This document shows, one piece after another, positions 37,137 through 51,260 of a stretch of 64,000 nt of DNA. The notes below the pieces were generated by a model. It saw only the letters and a list, made by a program, of their open reading frames with translations, was not told the origin of the DNA and searched no databases. Origin of the DNA: Podarcis pityusensis (taxonomy: Eukaryota); NCBI GenBank assembly GCA_964106645.2, contig OZ067050.1. The stretch is one strand, 5' to 3'. Each line of letters starts with the position of its first letter. Positions within the stretch are counted from its first letter, which is position 1. A program made the translations under genes and the position numbers.

Positions 37137-37303
37137 GTAAGATATATGGCATATAGGAATGTTTTTCTTCTTTTCTGAGCTGTATAAAATGTTTTCTTCT
37201 ACTTAGAGTAGACCCATTAGGTAATATTTATTTTATAGTTCCACTCAGAGCATGGGTGTGTAGCCACAGTTGGGGAACACCTGAACTAAGCTCCTCAGAC
37301 ATA

Positions 37304-37529
37304 CAGTGCTACCTCAGGTTAAGTACTTAATTCGTTCCGGAGGTCCGTTCTTAACCTGAAAATGTTCTTAACCTGAAGCACCACTTTAGCTAATGGGGCC
37401 TCCCACTGCTGCTGTGCCACTGCAGCACAATTTCTGTTCTCATCCTGAAGCAAAGTTCTTAACCCAAGATACTATTTATGGGTTAGCGGAGTCTGTAACC
37501 TGAAGCATATGTAACCTGAAGTACCACTG
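37304..37529. mobile_element. pogo/Tigger-like MITE
   Basis: TA|CAGTGCTACCTCAGGTTA...TAACCTGAAGTACCACTG|TA; absent from the paralog at ~12400. Confidence 0.85.
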
Positions 37530-37906
37530 TACATCTTATTTCTGTAAAGCAGTATAGCAGTAAGCAAGCCATATGCCCCCAGAACATTATACCATAATGC
37601 AGGGAATCATCTAAGCCAGGTTTCAGTGATTTGGGTAACCTGAGGTTAGTGTTCTGGGAAGAGAGAACATATCTTGCTCCATATCCATATGTTGCTTTCC
37701 AAAATAAAAAGAATTGTCATTGTTGCACAACAAGATCCACATTTACTTCCTAAAAAATTAGTTGTCTTAGAAATAAGTGGCTGAGAAGGTCGAGTACCCT
37801 TGGGCACAGTGACCCTACATGGGCTTTCTGTCAATCATTTAAAAGAATGTCTGTGAACTGGTGAGGCTCAGAAGGTGCATTGGAGAGGAGGGGGCAAGAT
37901 CCTTAC

Positions 37907-38122
37907 TATGGAATATCAAACATATTCCGCGAAGGGTGTTTCTCGAAGTCCACTTCAAAGAATACATAATACATCTGAGAAATAATCCCACCAATGAGAG
38001 GGGTCACCTGGATGATACCACTCACGTGGAAGAGGGAAAGGATCATTTCTGGGACACCTGAGAGTATTTGCTTTAGACACAACAGGAGTTAGGAGAAGCA
38101 GCAACGATAATGGCCACAACAT
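37907..38122 (-). pseudogene. Orphan V2R exon 1 (paralog of gene B exon 1) with a +1 frameshift
   Basis: 216 nt versus 215 nt (atgagaggggtcacc vs atgaggaggtcacc). Its intron 1 is cut at ~37255 by the inverted segment. Confidence 0.85.
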
Positions 38123-39920
38123 CCTAGCATCAAGGCTAGTTCTCTCTAAATGCAAACTCTCCTGTGTCCATCCATAATAGCTACTTGGCTAAAGCAGCCT
38201 GCAGTGGATGTTTCTTGGCTCTGTCAAAACAACCCCAGAAAAGGCATCTGCAATACATATTTTTAAAATCAAAGGTTAGCAAATAAATGCCTTGAATACT
38301 AGCTGCGTTTTTCCAACATTTCAATTTCAGTTGTCTCCAATGATATTAAATGGCTGTGTGGGTCTGAAATCCAAGTCCCTCCTGCCTCTTTCCTCTACTC
38401 TCAACTCTCTAAAGTCCAAGGGGGATATTTGTAAGCACTTCCAGGCTTGCTTATGGTGGCACCTAGAAAATGTTTAGATCTTTTGGCCAGGTGAACTAAT
38501 TACAGGGCTTGGGATAATTGCAAGGGAAGATAATTACTTCATCTGAGTTTTGGCTCTGAGTAGCAATTTTGCTCCCCGCCCCTCCACATCGGACCACAAG
38601 TCTCTTATGATGTTTTGTGACAGAAAAAGTTATTCATGGTAAGCAAACAGCAGGAAGAGACCCCTGCCTTTGGGGAAACAAAGCATGAGAGCCAACGCTT
38701 GAAAAAAGGCCACTACTGAACTCCAGTTTTTGTAGGCTCGTAAAGTCAACATTTATCTATACAATGCAACTGTAGCTAAATTTTTGAGTAGAATATAGTA
38801 TTAGAGGAGAAGTGATCCTTAATCTAATTCAAAACAGTGCCTAGGATTTGGTATGAGATGGGACAGTGTTGCATTATTTAACTGTTGTTGTTTTGATTTG
38901 TGGCTACCTGAGTACTCTTTATTAAAGGGCAGCACATATATACAATTTAAATTAATGAATAAACAAATAAATAAAATGAAGCAATGTTGAACCCTCTTGA
39001 GATTAAATTCAGCACATATGTCCATGGAAAATTGTCCAGAAAGACAGAGATGGTTATTGCAAAATAAATAAAATGTAATATGTAATTAGTTAAGCTGAGG
39101 CTGGAGGGAAGAGTTGATTTGTTTGCTCATCTGTGGAGTCTTTCATCTGTTTTCCAGATGTTGCTTATGTGCAAATTCATGAATGTAGAACCTTTGGCCC
39201 TCCAGATTTTTCTGAACCATGACTTACCATTATCCAGGTCACTGGCCATATTTGCTATGGCTGATGGGAGTTGTAGTTCAGCAACATGTGGAAGGCCAAA
39301 GGTTCCGCACTCCCATTGCAATGGATGTGTGCAAGCAAACAGGCAGGGATGAGAGTGCTAAAGTCCACCAGTCCCTTCTACTAGGTCAATGATCATTACT
39401 CTCCATAGGTTGTAGGGCAAATTCTGAATTGGGTCAAATGCACAAAAATTAGACTTTGCCTGCTCTTTCTGAAACATTTGCTCTTCTTTGCAGGATCCTT
39501 AAATGTATTCCGGTTTCAATGCTACATGAAGAAAACAGTGCTGTCATTATCCACCAACTACTTGGTAGGGGAACTTTTCTCCAGAAAACTAACAACTGGG
39601 AACTTACTTTAAGATCCTGATTCTTCTGCAGGTGACACATTGGTTCTTGTCCTACACTTGATGTCACATACGATGTCAAGTGTGGTGCAAGTGGATGTGG
39701 TTTGTGTGGGATGTCCTGAAAATTGGAGCACCTGCTGGGCAAAATTTGGGAAGGTTCCTCACCCATATGCTAGTGTGACAGCATTTGAACAGTAAAACAA
39801 ATCTAAATGTACATGTTTGAATAGATTCCTTAAAAGAGTGACACTGTGGACTCAATCATAGTAACTACCTCTATCATAAAACAAAAAAATAAAAAACCAA
39901 AATAAAATCAAAGCTATTGT

Positions 39921-42900
39921 TCAGTTCTTTCTCATTATTTGCTCCCTATTGTTCAGCTCAGGCCTCAGGACAATGATGTAAAATTTAGGGGCAAAGATGC
40001 AGCCCAACAATCCAGCACTGGAGGACAAGATGGAGAAGATCTCCACCACCACCATGGATTTTCCTTTGGTGCTCAGGTACGTGGGAACAAAGGTCAGCCA
40101 AACACTGCAAAACAGCAACATGCTGAAGGTAATAAACTTGGCTTCATTAAAGCTGTCTGGTAATTTGCGAGCTGCAAATGCCACAATGAAGCTGGCAGTG
40201 GCCAGGAGGCCCATGTAGCCCAGGACACAATAAAACAGGGTCACAGACCCTTCATTACATTGCACAATGGTTTCTTCTACTACTGAGTCCATATCTAGAG
40301 CAGGGAATGGGGGAGAGGTTGTCAACCACAGGATACAAATATTTGCTTGAATAAGGGAGCAGGAAAGAACAATGGCATGTGATAATCCTTTCCCTACCCA
40401 TTTAGTCATGCTAGACCCTGGCTTTGTGGCCATGAAAGCTACAACTACAGTGATAGTCTTTGCCAACACACATGAAACAGCCAAAGAGAAGACGGTGCCA
40501 AACATTGGTTGGCGAAGGAGGCAGGTCACTTTCCCAGGGTGTCCGATGAACAGTAATGTTGAGAGGAAGCAGAGTAGGAGTGCAATAAGGAGAGCATAGG
40601 TGAGATCCCGATTGTTGGCTTTGACAATGGGAGTATCTTTGTATTTAATAAAAGTTCCTATCGCTAAAGTTGAGAGTATTGAAAAAGAAAGAGCAAGAGA
40701 GGCCAAGCAGATTCCTAAAGGTTCCTCATAAGAAAGAAAGCTGATTATTTTTCTGATGCATCCATTTTTGTTCGTGTTTGGATACTGATCTGCTGGGCAT
40801 CTGCTACAGTCATCCATATCTAAAAAAGAGGATAGGGTCTGATTTCAGTAGTAATTCATGTGTGCTCTATGCTTTCATTGATTGGAACATTATAATTTTA
40901 AGGGTGCTGATGGTCATATAACATTGTGTGAATTATCCTTTGAGTATTCTGTGGTATTTATCGTATTTGTGTTTAAGCCATTTAAACTGCCACTCCATGC
41001 ACCCTGCACATGTAGGTCTTATTCCAGCAGAACCAATACAGTGGTGGGAACAGAGCACTGGGCATCAGTGGGCTCTTTGTGTTGCTGGGGAGACCAGAAC
41101 GGGCCTGGTAGAGCACAGAATGAAAGCATGCGCAGAACTCAAATGAGGCTGCCTTAATAAACCAGTATCATGGTTGCTAAGTGAGATTCTTCACACTTTT
41201 CCTAAGACACACCAGTGTCCATCCCTGGTTAACTCCTAAGCATATTGTGTGCATCTCGCTCTTTCAGTTCAATTGGAACAGCAGGTGCTTATTCGAATAA
41301 TAACCTTCTGTAGATTCTTATTCTTTTGCCACCCCTGCTTATCTGTGCAATAATGAATAAAGTCTGGCCTAATTTCACCCAACATGTATGTCTGCTCTGT
41401 TTAATTGCAGTCATACACCCAAGCCCCACTCATTTGAGATGTGTGGGGAGCACTTTCAAATCTATGTACATTGTATTGCACCAGGCTTATTTGTTTTTGA
41501 ATATTTCCTTCAGAAGTTACTGGAAGACAGCAGAAAAATATTAACACACCACTCCAAGCAGAATAGTGTAGATCTATGCAAAATGTAGTAATTATATTAT
41601 TTTAAATAGATCCAACACAATAATCTTTACAAATATTGAACAATGACAAATGTTAGGTACCATTCTGGTCTGAAATCTTCCCTTCTGGACATAGAGTACA
41701 ATCGTAGCAACAAAATTTTTGCCCTTCTTTCCTCTTCTTTTGATTACCAGGGCGGCAGTAGTCATTGCACACAGAAATGGGCAGCACCTGTCCGGAAATT
41801 GGAAATAATTTCATAAAGGAGTGATATTGCTTTTAAAAATTTGAGCCACTACACATCCCATTAAAAAACAAAAAACAATGAAAACAATAAACATTAGAAA
41901 GCTGTTTCAAATAAAGCACAGCCACTGGTCCATTTTTTGGTCAGGAAACCAGAAAAAAGGCAGGACACAAGACATGGATTAAGATAGGGCCACTTTATTA
42001 GCTGTAACCACTGAGGGGAGAGACTCCATCAGGCAAGGCCTCTTTCCACCTGCTTTGCCCCACCCTCCAATCTCTGCTTCTCATTTTGTATTGTATTATG
42101 TTGTGCACTGTGGCTTGCTGTTGTTTTATTGATTGGAGTTTAGAAATCACTTATTGTAACTGTTAGGAGTGGATTTCTGTTTAATCTTGAAATGATGATA
42201 TTTAATATTCTATATTATTTTAATGAATGCTGAATAATGTTATTTTATTTGCATATTGTATATTGTATTGTGTATATTGTCTTATTTACATGACGTTAGC
42301 CACTCTGAGTCCGGCTTTGGCCGGGGAGGGCGGGATACAAATAAAATTTCTTATTATTATTATTGAGGAACCAGCCCATATCCTAAAGCACATATCTGCA
42401 AATGAAGCCAGAAAAAACTAATTGACAGCCTTTACACCTCCCAGATGGGTTCATATTTTGAAACAATATTAGCTCTCTAGGAATGCAGGAAAGTTTGGGG
42501 TTTTGATAGCCCAATTTAAACACAAAAATTAATAGATCTTGGATCTTCAACTGAGACATGGAGACTTTTCATTTGAAGCAGAGACAAACCATATTTTCCA
42601 CATACATAAATTTACATACGTAAATCTGAACCATTCTAAGCTCTGCCATACAAACATGAACTGTAATAAATATTATTAAAACTTCATTTCAACTGAGAAT
42701 ATGGGGTTTCCAGCTAGCTTTCCAAATTTTACCCATGAAGCTATCAAAGATAAAAGTGGTTATCTGGAGAGTGCATCAACTCAAAGCAATCCTAGATTTC
42801 AAACCTCATTAAAACCTTTGTTCCATATAATCATGTCCTCATGAATGATAAATTCTTTTCTACTGGGAGCACCGGGATCCACCCGTCCAACCTTCACTCG

Positions 42901-45900
42901 AAGGAAAGACTTGTTTGGGAAGGTGATCATGTTCATGATGTCAAATCCACCTCCCATTTCTCCTTCATTAGTAAAGGACACTGTTTCGCCAGCTGAGTTG
43001 TTAAATGAAATGGCAAGAAGAAAATGGTGCAGCTAATTGAAAAAGAAAGAGGAAGAGGAAAGAACATAATGTAGGTATTGAGCAAAATGCATGATTTGCA
43101 AAGATCTTTCTTTATGAGCATTAGTTATGGAGCTTCACTTTACATAGACCAAGTATAAAAAAAAATCACCTGTTTTGACACAGCAGATGGGGACTTCTGG
43201 GGAAGGAAGATGGCGGACTGAATGTCTGCTGTCGGTAAGTTGCTGACAGAGATATTTACCTAGTGATTGATAAAACCTAAGAGATAAAACTCAGCTATAA
43301 AATTCACAGGGAGTTAAACTTTTAAGCTCTGAAAAAAGCCATTTTCTACATCAGGAGGCTGAGAAGTTTTCAGCTGCTGGAATTCCAGACATGGCTGAGA
43401 GACTTAAGAGCAGATGACAAAAAATATTGCCAAAAAGTCAAGTAAGATCCCTAATGTGTATAGGGCCTGCAAAAGCCTCCCTTTCTCTGAGATGGTTATA
43501 ATTTATGATTAAGAGAAGCTTGTCTACTGATGGAAGTTTACATCTGTTGTATGAGCTACTTCCTGGCTTTAAGAAGTGAATTAATCTGATACATTTTTGT
43601 TTGAAGATTGGCAAAGTATTGCCTAACAGAAAGTAGATGAGCTGGATATCATTCTTGAGTGAATATATTGAAATTTTTATTTTATGTTACTGACAAAAAA
43701 AAATCAGAAGTCTTTTCATTTTAAATCTTTTTTCCTATTTTCTTTTCTTCTTTTCTCTCCTATTTTTTTGGCTTTCCTTTGGTGTTTTCTCTTTCACTGT
43801 TATTGTTTTTATTTAGATTAATTTATCTTATTTTATTTCAGTATTAAAAACATTAATAGAATCATATTTAAAAGGTAAAAAGAAAAAAGACACAATAGAT
43901 GGAAGATGTGTTATGCATTCAGTAAAAAATAAAATCAGTGAAATGTATGGAAGTAAATGTTAAAACATAAAGCTTTGTCACTCTGCGACATGAGCAATAT
44001 TGCAGTATTACTTTTGCAATAAAATTGTGATGAAATCTTTTTGTTTCCATTAAATAATCATATTTTTCTTGGTCTTAGTTTCTAGAGTATTACCTGCCAA
44101 GGCTGTAGATCTCGAAGTTTTAATTTTTCACTGCTCCTCATTACTTTCTGCTTGGATCCAGACAAGTAAATGGCATTCAAAGCATGAGCCACCATATAAA
44201 CAGCATTGTAGATACTGTAACTATGGCCAGATAGCTCCATTTCAAACAGAGACCTTGGAAGACTGTCCAGGCTCTCCTCCCCGGTACACACATCATTGGT
44301 GTTCACTGGCGCACCAAGATTTGGAAATATACAGTCAAATGCTTGCTCCCAGAAGACTTTGAAGAAACCTTCTGTCTGTGTCCAGGAAGGGTTTATGTTC
44401 TGAAGAAATTCCCTGAATACTACTAGATTTTGTGAATGAACTGTGAACAATATGGCACCTTGGAAAAGCTGAAAATCCAGAAACCTACAAATTCCTGTTG
44501 CTATGAAATCAGTCTGAGCTGTCAAGATCCACACCTTTTTAAATCCTGTGTTTTCCTTATTGGTTGGGTCTCGCAAAAATATAATAAGTCTCAGTGCTAA
44601 AATTGTCAGGGATTCTCCATAGACAATATATGTAGTGACTTTATCATCTGTGAATGGCATATATATATTGACGGCTACATCATCCATCTCATCCAGGTTA
44701 TCAAGATGGATTTGTTGTGTGATTCTTTGTGTAAAAGCTGAACAAATTCCATTTTGAGAAAGCAATGGCTCCAGGGTCTTGATAAAATATTCTCCACTGT
44801 TATCATTAGGAGCAAAAAGTCCAACCCACTTCCATCCAAAATGCTTAAGCAAGCGAATAATCCCCACAAACTGATGGCCTTCATTGGGCACCATGCGATA
44901 AAAGGACGGGAATTGAGTTGTGTAACTCTTCTCTGGAGGAAAGGAACCATACGTCAACTTAAAAAAAAACATGTACAGATGTTATGAACCTATTTGAAAA
45001 CAATTCATTCTGTTCTACATTCAACAAATAATTTTTCAATCTTGTCAAATCCAATATTTTTTTCCTTCCCCCCCTTTTGCTTCTCATTCTTTATCATGTT
45101 TTTATTGGTTTTTAAATAAATAAATAAAAACACTAACAATTAAACACTTATTCAGCAGTAAATCTAATGTATTGCATTTTAATCTGTGATTTGACCAGGT
45201 CAGTCTAAAATCCCAAGAAAAAACAGAGAAAAAGAAATGTATAGGGACGTTGGGATAAAGATGAAAAGATTTATCAAACTAAATCTTATTCCAAGATGAC
45301 CTATTAAAAGTGATCATTAATACCAATGAGTCTTCTCTGAGTAGAACAAACATTGAATACAACCCATAGAGGAATGAAGGGGGGGGGGAATCCCTTTGCA
45401 TCCCTTCATATATTTACCTGGGGAACGTAGTAGAGGCCTAATGTATCTGCCATATGGAAGGAAGTATCAGAGCCAAGTCCCCCAATGATGGATATGAGGT
45501 TTTTCTGTGTGTCACATTTATAGTTGGGGACGAATCTGCCCATTTTGAAGAGGAGGTCTAATGTAGTACGGTAGGTCATCCTTGCATCAAAATAGCTGTC
45601 ATAGATGTGGAAGCCAAGTGTGACATTGTGCAAAATGTTGGGATTCTCATTTATTTCTTTCACAGCAAATGCCAAGGCAAGGACATGTTGGTAGAATTTG
45701 GTCACCGCACTGCAAATAAAGTAAAAGTATTACAAAAATGAATCTAGCATTGGACATTGAACACATTCCGTTTCAAATTAATTTCAGGGATAAATCAGCG
45801 TTGAACAATGATTATAACATGTGATGAAGCAGACAGAGCAACGACTGTTTGTCAGAAAAGGACAGAGGTGAGCAATAGGGGACATGGAAGTTAGGCAGAA

Positions 45901-47416
45901 CAGGAATGTGAACAGAATAGAAACTAGTGGTCTACTTGATGAAAGGGGAGGTAACACTCTCCTGCCTTCCCAAAACTGAGCATCATTTGTTTTCTGTGAG
46001 GAAGGGTTGGTGGGCTATGGCATAGAGAGCAGAGAAAAGTTACTAAGCAAAGACTCTTGCCACACTCACACTGAACTGAGCTCTCCACTGCTTGGCTCTC
46101 TTCCTACCCACTGAGAATAGAGGATAATGGATGAATCTGGAAATGTATCTGCATTGCTCAGTCTTTCCAGATTTTTCACTGCTGTGAATGGCCATGATAT
46201 TCTCCACTGACTTTTCTGTAGGTTGGGAATCTGTGGAAACTGCACTCTCTACTGCCGACAAATATTCATTTTTATTTTTAGGAAAAGAGAAGTTTTTTTG
46301 TGTTGAAGTAACCTAATGCAGAATAATTTTCTGTATTTATCTGTTAAAGTAAAAGTAAGGCCTTCTGTGGAAAAAATAAGGTTAGCAAGTACAGTGATTC
46401 CAGGTAGTTATGAGACTTTCCAGAACTTACATTAAAGTCCAGGGAGTTTCATCAAAGTGTAACTTCTCCCATGGAGCCTTTCCAGATAAGGAGGCATGGA
46501 AGAATGTTCAATGGAAAGAAAAACCCCCGCTTCGATGTCACTATGCTGATACTCAAGAGTTAAACTCAAAACTCCACCCAGAGTGAAACATCAAAGCACC
46601 ATGGCAGGAGATCAATCACAGGGGAAGAAAGCTTTGGAGAAATTGGTGGAACAGGTTGGGGAGAAATTTAGTTGTATGTTTGAATTTGTCCTCCATATTA
46701 ACTTATTTAATTATCTAGTGACTTTCATTTTCACCATTCTCCTCCCCAATATCTGTACTGCTGAAGAGTACAGTTTTCAGAGTGAAACATTAAAGCACCA
46801 TGAAAATATCTGTACTGTAGAAGAAAATTGAAAATATGAAGTCTCCTTCTATACCCCTTTAGAAAACAGAAAGCATTTTTTTTTAATGAGAGAAGAAAAT
46901 TAGTATTTCCTGTCTGCCAGCTTAGTAGGCTGTAAAAGACTCAGAAGGTGACTGAAACTGAGGAGTCCCTCAGGGGTAGATAAACAGGATTTTTTGTTAA
47001 TTATTTCAGTCGTTCCTTGTGAGCTGGTAAGATACTTTTAAAATTGAGATATCTTTTTAATATTCCACCATTCAGACAAAAAATGTCTCCCATTGCAGCT
47101 TAAAAATAAGACAGACCCTCTCCCTAGGATTCTTATTTAAAAGAGATGAGGCAAAAGGAAATGTGATACAGAGGAATGTTTGGGGCATGGAAGATTCTTA
47201 CTATGAAATATCGAACAGGTTCTGTTTGGGGTGTTCTTTGAAGAAAGCTTCATAGAAAATATAATAGATATGAGAAGTAATTCCACCAATGATGAAGTCA
47301 CCTGGCTGGTACCAGTCATGTGGAACAGGAATAGGATCACTCACAGGGCACCTCATGGTATTAGAGGTATCATAAACTGGAGGTGTTAGAAACAGCAACA
47401 TCAATCGCAGCAACAT
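39921..47416 (-). CDS. V2R gene E, complete, ~874 aa; exons 47416-47202, 45709-45418, 44957-44094, 43032-42805, 41787-41661, 40819-39921
   Basis: Spliced CDS of 2625 nt with no stops; GT-AG junctions (the exon-3 acceptor is the weaker AAG). Confidence 0.92.
42010..42365 (+). mobile_element. L2-type LINE 3' tail
   Basis: gccactctgagtcc...gagggcgggatacaaataaa followed by (TTA)n; absent from the gene F paralogous intron (~53800). Confidence 0.65.
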
Positions 47417-48469
47417 CCTGGCAACCAAGCTTCCTTCTGAATGCAGACTTTATTTTGTTCATCCATACTAGCTGCCTAAGAAAAGGCTACATTGGATGAT
47501 GCATAGCTCACCCAGCCTTATAATAGAGAGAATGAGCTGCATTTAATCAAAGTGTAACAAATGCATTATTTGAACACTAAGGTTACAGCATCAGGAATTG
47601 AATTGGAAGAGCCCTGCCTGCGTCCGGCCCCTACGCCATCTCTCAGTATGTGGATTTACTTATGACCACTTTCAGGCTTGCTGCTTGTTTTCTAGTTGCT
47701 TGCAGGAAGTATCTGGAGATGAAGAAATTGCTGTGATTGGGATGATTGCAGGGTAGGCTTATGAATTACTTCTTCAGAGTCTTGAGTCTGAGTGGCACTT
47801 TTCCTTCCCTCTCAGTTTTGATCCTTAGAGGCAGAAAAAGTGAGTGAAAGGCTTTTCCTTGGTGAGCTAATGACAACAGGAAACTCAGGGTGAAGTCATT
47901 GGTGCTACATTTTTAGATAAAGGACACATCCCAACTCCATTTCTTTCCTAGCCAAATGGAACCAACACATCTTTATGCATTAAAGCTGTAGTTTTAAAAC
48001 AGATGTCTTGACTCACTTGCATGAACCAACAGAAGGTATTGCTGTGTTGGACGAATGGGCAAATATTTTCAGCCTGAGGACTGAATTCCCTTCACAGTAA
48101 CTTAGTCCAGAAACCATAGTTAGTGCAAAATTCTACAGCACAATTTCAGGCAGGAGTGAAATTCTGCCAGACGATTCAGCCTGAGCTCAAAGATATGCCC
48201 TGGCTGCCAGTTTGATTCCAGGCTACAGTCAAAGTGTTATTAATCACAAAGGAAGCCCTTAACATATCAACACTAGTTTACTTAAGGAATTGCCTTCCTT
48301 CACACGTGCAAGTTCAATAACTTCCATAAGTAGAAGTGCTGTAGTGTCTGGTTTCAAGTGTTATGCAGTGTCTGTTATGCATTTTTAGGTAGTTGTTCCT
48401 TTAGTGCTACACAGTCTGTACTTTGGAACTCCCTACCTATTAACATTCAGTATTGCAGGCGCATGTGCA

Positions 48470-48860
48470 GTATACCCTGGGGCAAGTGGGGGGGGGAGAC
48501 ACAATAGTATTCTGGAGTTGAAAATGGCCACAACTTTATTGATAACAGGTGTAGGTCGTCTTTGGCCTAGGCATTAGGTAAGTATCCTGACTCAGCCTTC
48601 TGGCTGAAGGCTGATGTTGAACAGGGTCATGCCTGGGCTAGCATCATCTCAAGATACAAGTGTACTAGGCTGCTCTCTCCCTTGCTGCCATTGGAAGTTC
48701 TATAGCCCATCCACTTCCCAGTGGGACTTCAGGACAGAATCTTCCATGCAGACTCCTTTACTTTGGTACCGTGAGATATCACACCTGCTCAAAGGAGCGA
48801 TGCACCATCTCACCCTCCACCCCAACCCTGTCCCAAGCATATTGACATTACACATTCACA
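48470..48860 (-). mobile_element. Unclassified AATAAAGTTGTGGCC-box repeat, second family
   Basis: ggccacaactttatt at 48526-48540; paralogous to 35135-35470. Confidence 0.65.
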
Positions 48861-48879
48861 GTAAGTGTACTCTTTCATG

Positions 48880-49705
48880 TGCCTGATGAAATCTTATCTG
48901 TCTTGTGGGCCTCTAGAGGAGACAATTTCTATTTGTATCCATTTTTTTTAAGGCAAGTCCAGCAAGGGAAAATTACTTTCATTTTTCAGATATTTTGTTT
49001 CTTTAGAATGCAAAAGGCAACATTGGTATCAGTTTATTTCTCTTCTTTAGCTATCTGTCAAAGTATTCCATTCACAGTCAATGAACCTCTCCAACTATTT
49101 CTGTCTCTGACACCCCGTTCCCAGGTTAGAGACGGTGGAAACTTATCTTTCTTCGCTCCCTCTCCTGCAGGGGTTAAACAAAGCCCCCCCCCCCTTTTCT
49201 CCTGCTTCCAAGGGGGTTTCAGTAGTTATAAATGAAGGAAATTTAGACTTTTTTAACGACTTTCCAGACTTTAGCTTACAAGGTTTTTGCCTTAGTCTAT
49301 ATACAAAAAGCGGAAGGCAGACTTCCTGTTTTGAACCTTCCCGCTTCGATGCCAAATTAAGATATTTCTTGATCCAATTTTCCGTTTCTACTCACGGGTA
49401 CTTGTTTTAAATCCAATTGTCCATAGGAAAAAGTCAGCGCTCTCCGGCAATGGGTGTGCGGCTTCAATCAGTTCGCAGCACCGCGCCGCTCACCCCACTT
49501 CACTCCGGCGCCCCAAAGTGGGGTTCCCGGTGAGTAGGGGGGCGCTCCTGGTGCCCTGCCGAACCCCACGTTCCCAGGCTTCCTCCACCTGGGATTTCTA
49601 GCGGGTCCCCGCCTTCGCCGCGGCGGGAAGACCCAGTTTTCACAGAGCTAGTTCCTCCGGTCGGAGGAACTCCGCCATTCGCCGATGGCGCTAACCTGGA
49701 AGTTG
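48880..49705 (-). mobile_element. Probable L1 5'UTR (CpG-rich) with no downstream ORFs
   Basis: Minus strand begins acttccaggttagcgccatcggcgaatggcgg, resembling squamate L1 5' ends. CpG-dense 49430-49700 followed by an A-rich leader. Confidence 0.55.
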
Positions 49706-50578
49706 GGGTCTATCCAGACATATGATTTGTTTTGTTCTGTTCTTGAATTTGTGTGACATACATCGTACTGCTGGGGTAAAATATTAAGACTGCCTTTAGT
49801 GTACCAAAAACTTTGTTCAATGATTAAAGTACCATATTGGATTATCCCATGTCAGATTATTCTTGTCATGCCTAGGCTTCCTGACACACCACATTTAATG
49901 GTGGATGCTCTTTAATAATAATAATAATAACAACAATAACAATAATTTATTATTTCTACCCCACCCATCTGGCTGGGTTTCCCCAGCTCTCTGGGGGTTG
50001 TGAAGAAGTTCAAACAGAGGGGAGGGAGAGAATGAGACATGGCCTCTCCCAGACTTCCTCAGGAAGAATCAAGGAGACTAAAGCATAATCTGACTTCTTG
50101 ACTGCCTTCCTGCAATGCAGAAATAGAGTAACACTGGGTGCAGGTCCTCTGCCAAGAATAAGCCTCTGAAAACAATCCAGAAGAGTGGGAAGATTCTTCC
50201 TTTAATTTTGCTAATTGGATAAAACTAGGAGGCACTCTCTGGACAAGATATGCAACTGAGATTGCAAATTTAGAAAGATTTATAATAATGAGGGGGGGGG
50301 GTTAATAAAGAAATAAAAAAAGAAATAGCCACCACATTGAGAAGAGTGTATACTCCCTCTCCATACTATCCTACAAAGGATTTCGGGGCAGGGAAGAATC
50401 TCAATCCCTTAAATTTAGCTAACCAGTTTGAACCCCACCCCAAGCCCTCATGCTGTCTTCTCAATGACACACTCCTCCATTGCCTCCCTAGACAAACAGA
50501 TGGCAACAGATTGGTTCGGGTCCGGCCTTCCAGAGTGGGATAGTGTGTGTAGCGAGAGTGGGGAAGTGTCAATAAAAT

Positions 50579-50614
50579 GATGGTGATGGTGATGGTGATG
50601 GTGATGGTGATGAT
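50579..50614. repeat. (GATGGT)n microsatellite
   Basis: About 5-6 hexamer units. Confidence 0.9.
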
Positions 50615-51029
50615 AGGTAATGGGACTCCACGTTGCTCCAAGAGAGTGAGGCAGCTTACATTGTAACTGCTACTGAAATGGATGTGGGGGCTCCATTTAG
50701 CAGGAGAAAATGCTTACACATATTACAGAAGGACAGCTCTCACCATGCCCCCATGCAGACCTTTTACCGCCTTCTCAAAGCCAGGTAAGCAAGGTGGGTT
50801 TTGGGAAGGAGGCATGAGGCTCTGGCAGAGTCCTAGAGCCCTTCAGCACCTAGTTCTAACTAGGCGGTGGGTAGAAGTAGTTTCTCCTGCTAAGGTGGAG
50901 TCCCCATCATCCATTTTCATAGCACTTACAATGGAAATTGCCTCACCGACTTGGAGCAAGGTGGGTTCCCAATACTCATCACCATCATCATTTGATTGCA
51001 CTTTCTCCAAACATACTACCCTGTTCCAG

Positions 51030-51260
51030 AGGGTAGGGCTTGAGCCCATGGATTTTAAGAAAGAAGATTCCAACTAAACATCAGGAAGAACTTTCTGGCA
51101 GTAAGAGCTGTTTGACAGTGGAGCAGACTCCCACGAGAGGTGCTGGACTCTACTTCATTGGAGAATTTCAAAAAAAGGGTGGATGGTCCTCTGTCATGGA
51201 TGCTTTAGATGAGATACCTGCATTGCAGAGGGTTAGACAGGATGACCCACAGGATTCTAG
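51030..51260 (+). mobile_element. CR1 LINE 3' fragment
   Basis: gaagattccaactaaacatcaggaagaactttct...cctgcattgcagagggttagacaggatgacc. Confidence 0.7.

Noticed and set aside
50366-50641. ORF with an ITITIT repeat
   Set aside because: Translation of a (GATGGT)n microsatellite.
50682-51077. 131-aa ORF and overlapping antisense ORF in intergenic DNA
   Set aside because: No recognisable motif or splice context, and it runs into a CR1 fragment; it cannot be supported without a search.
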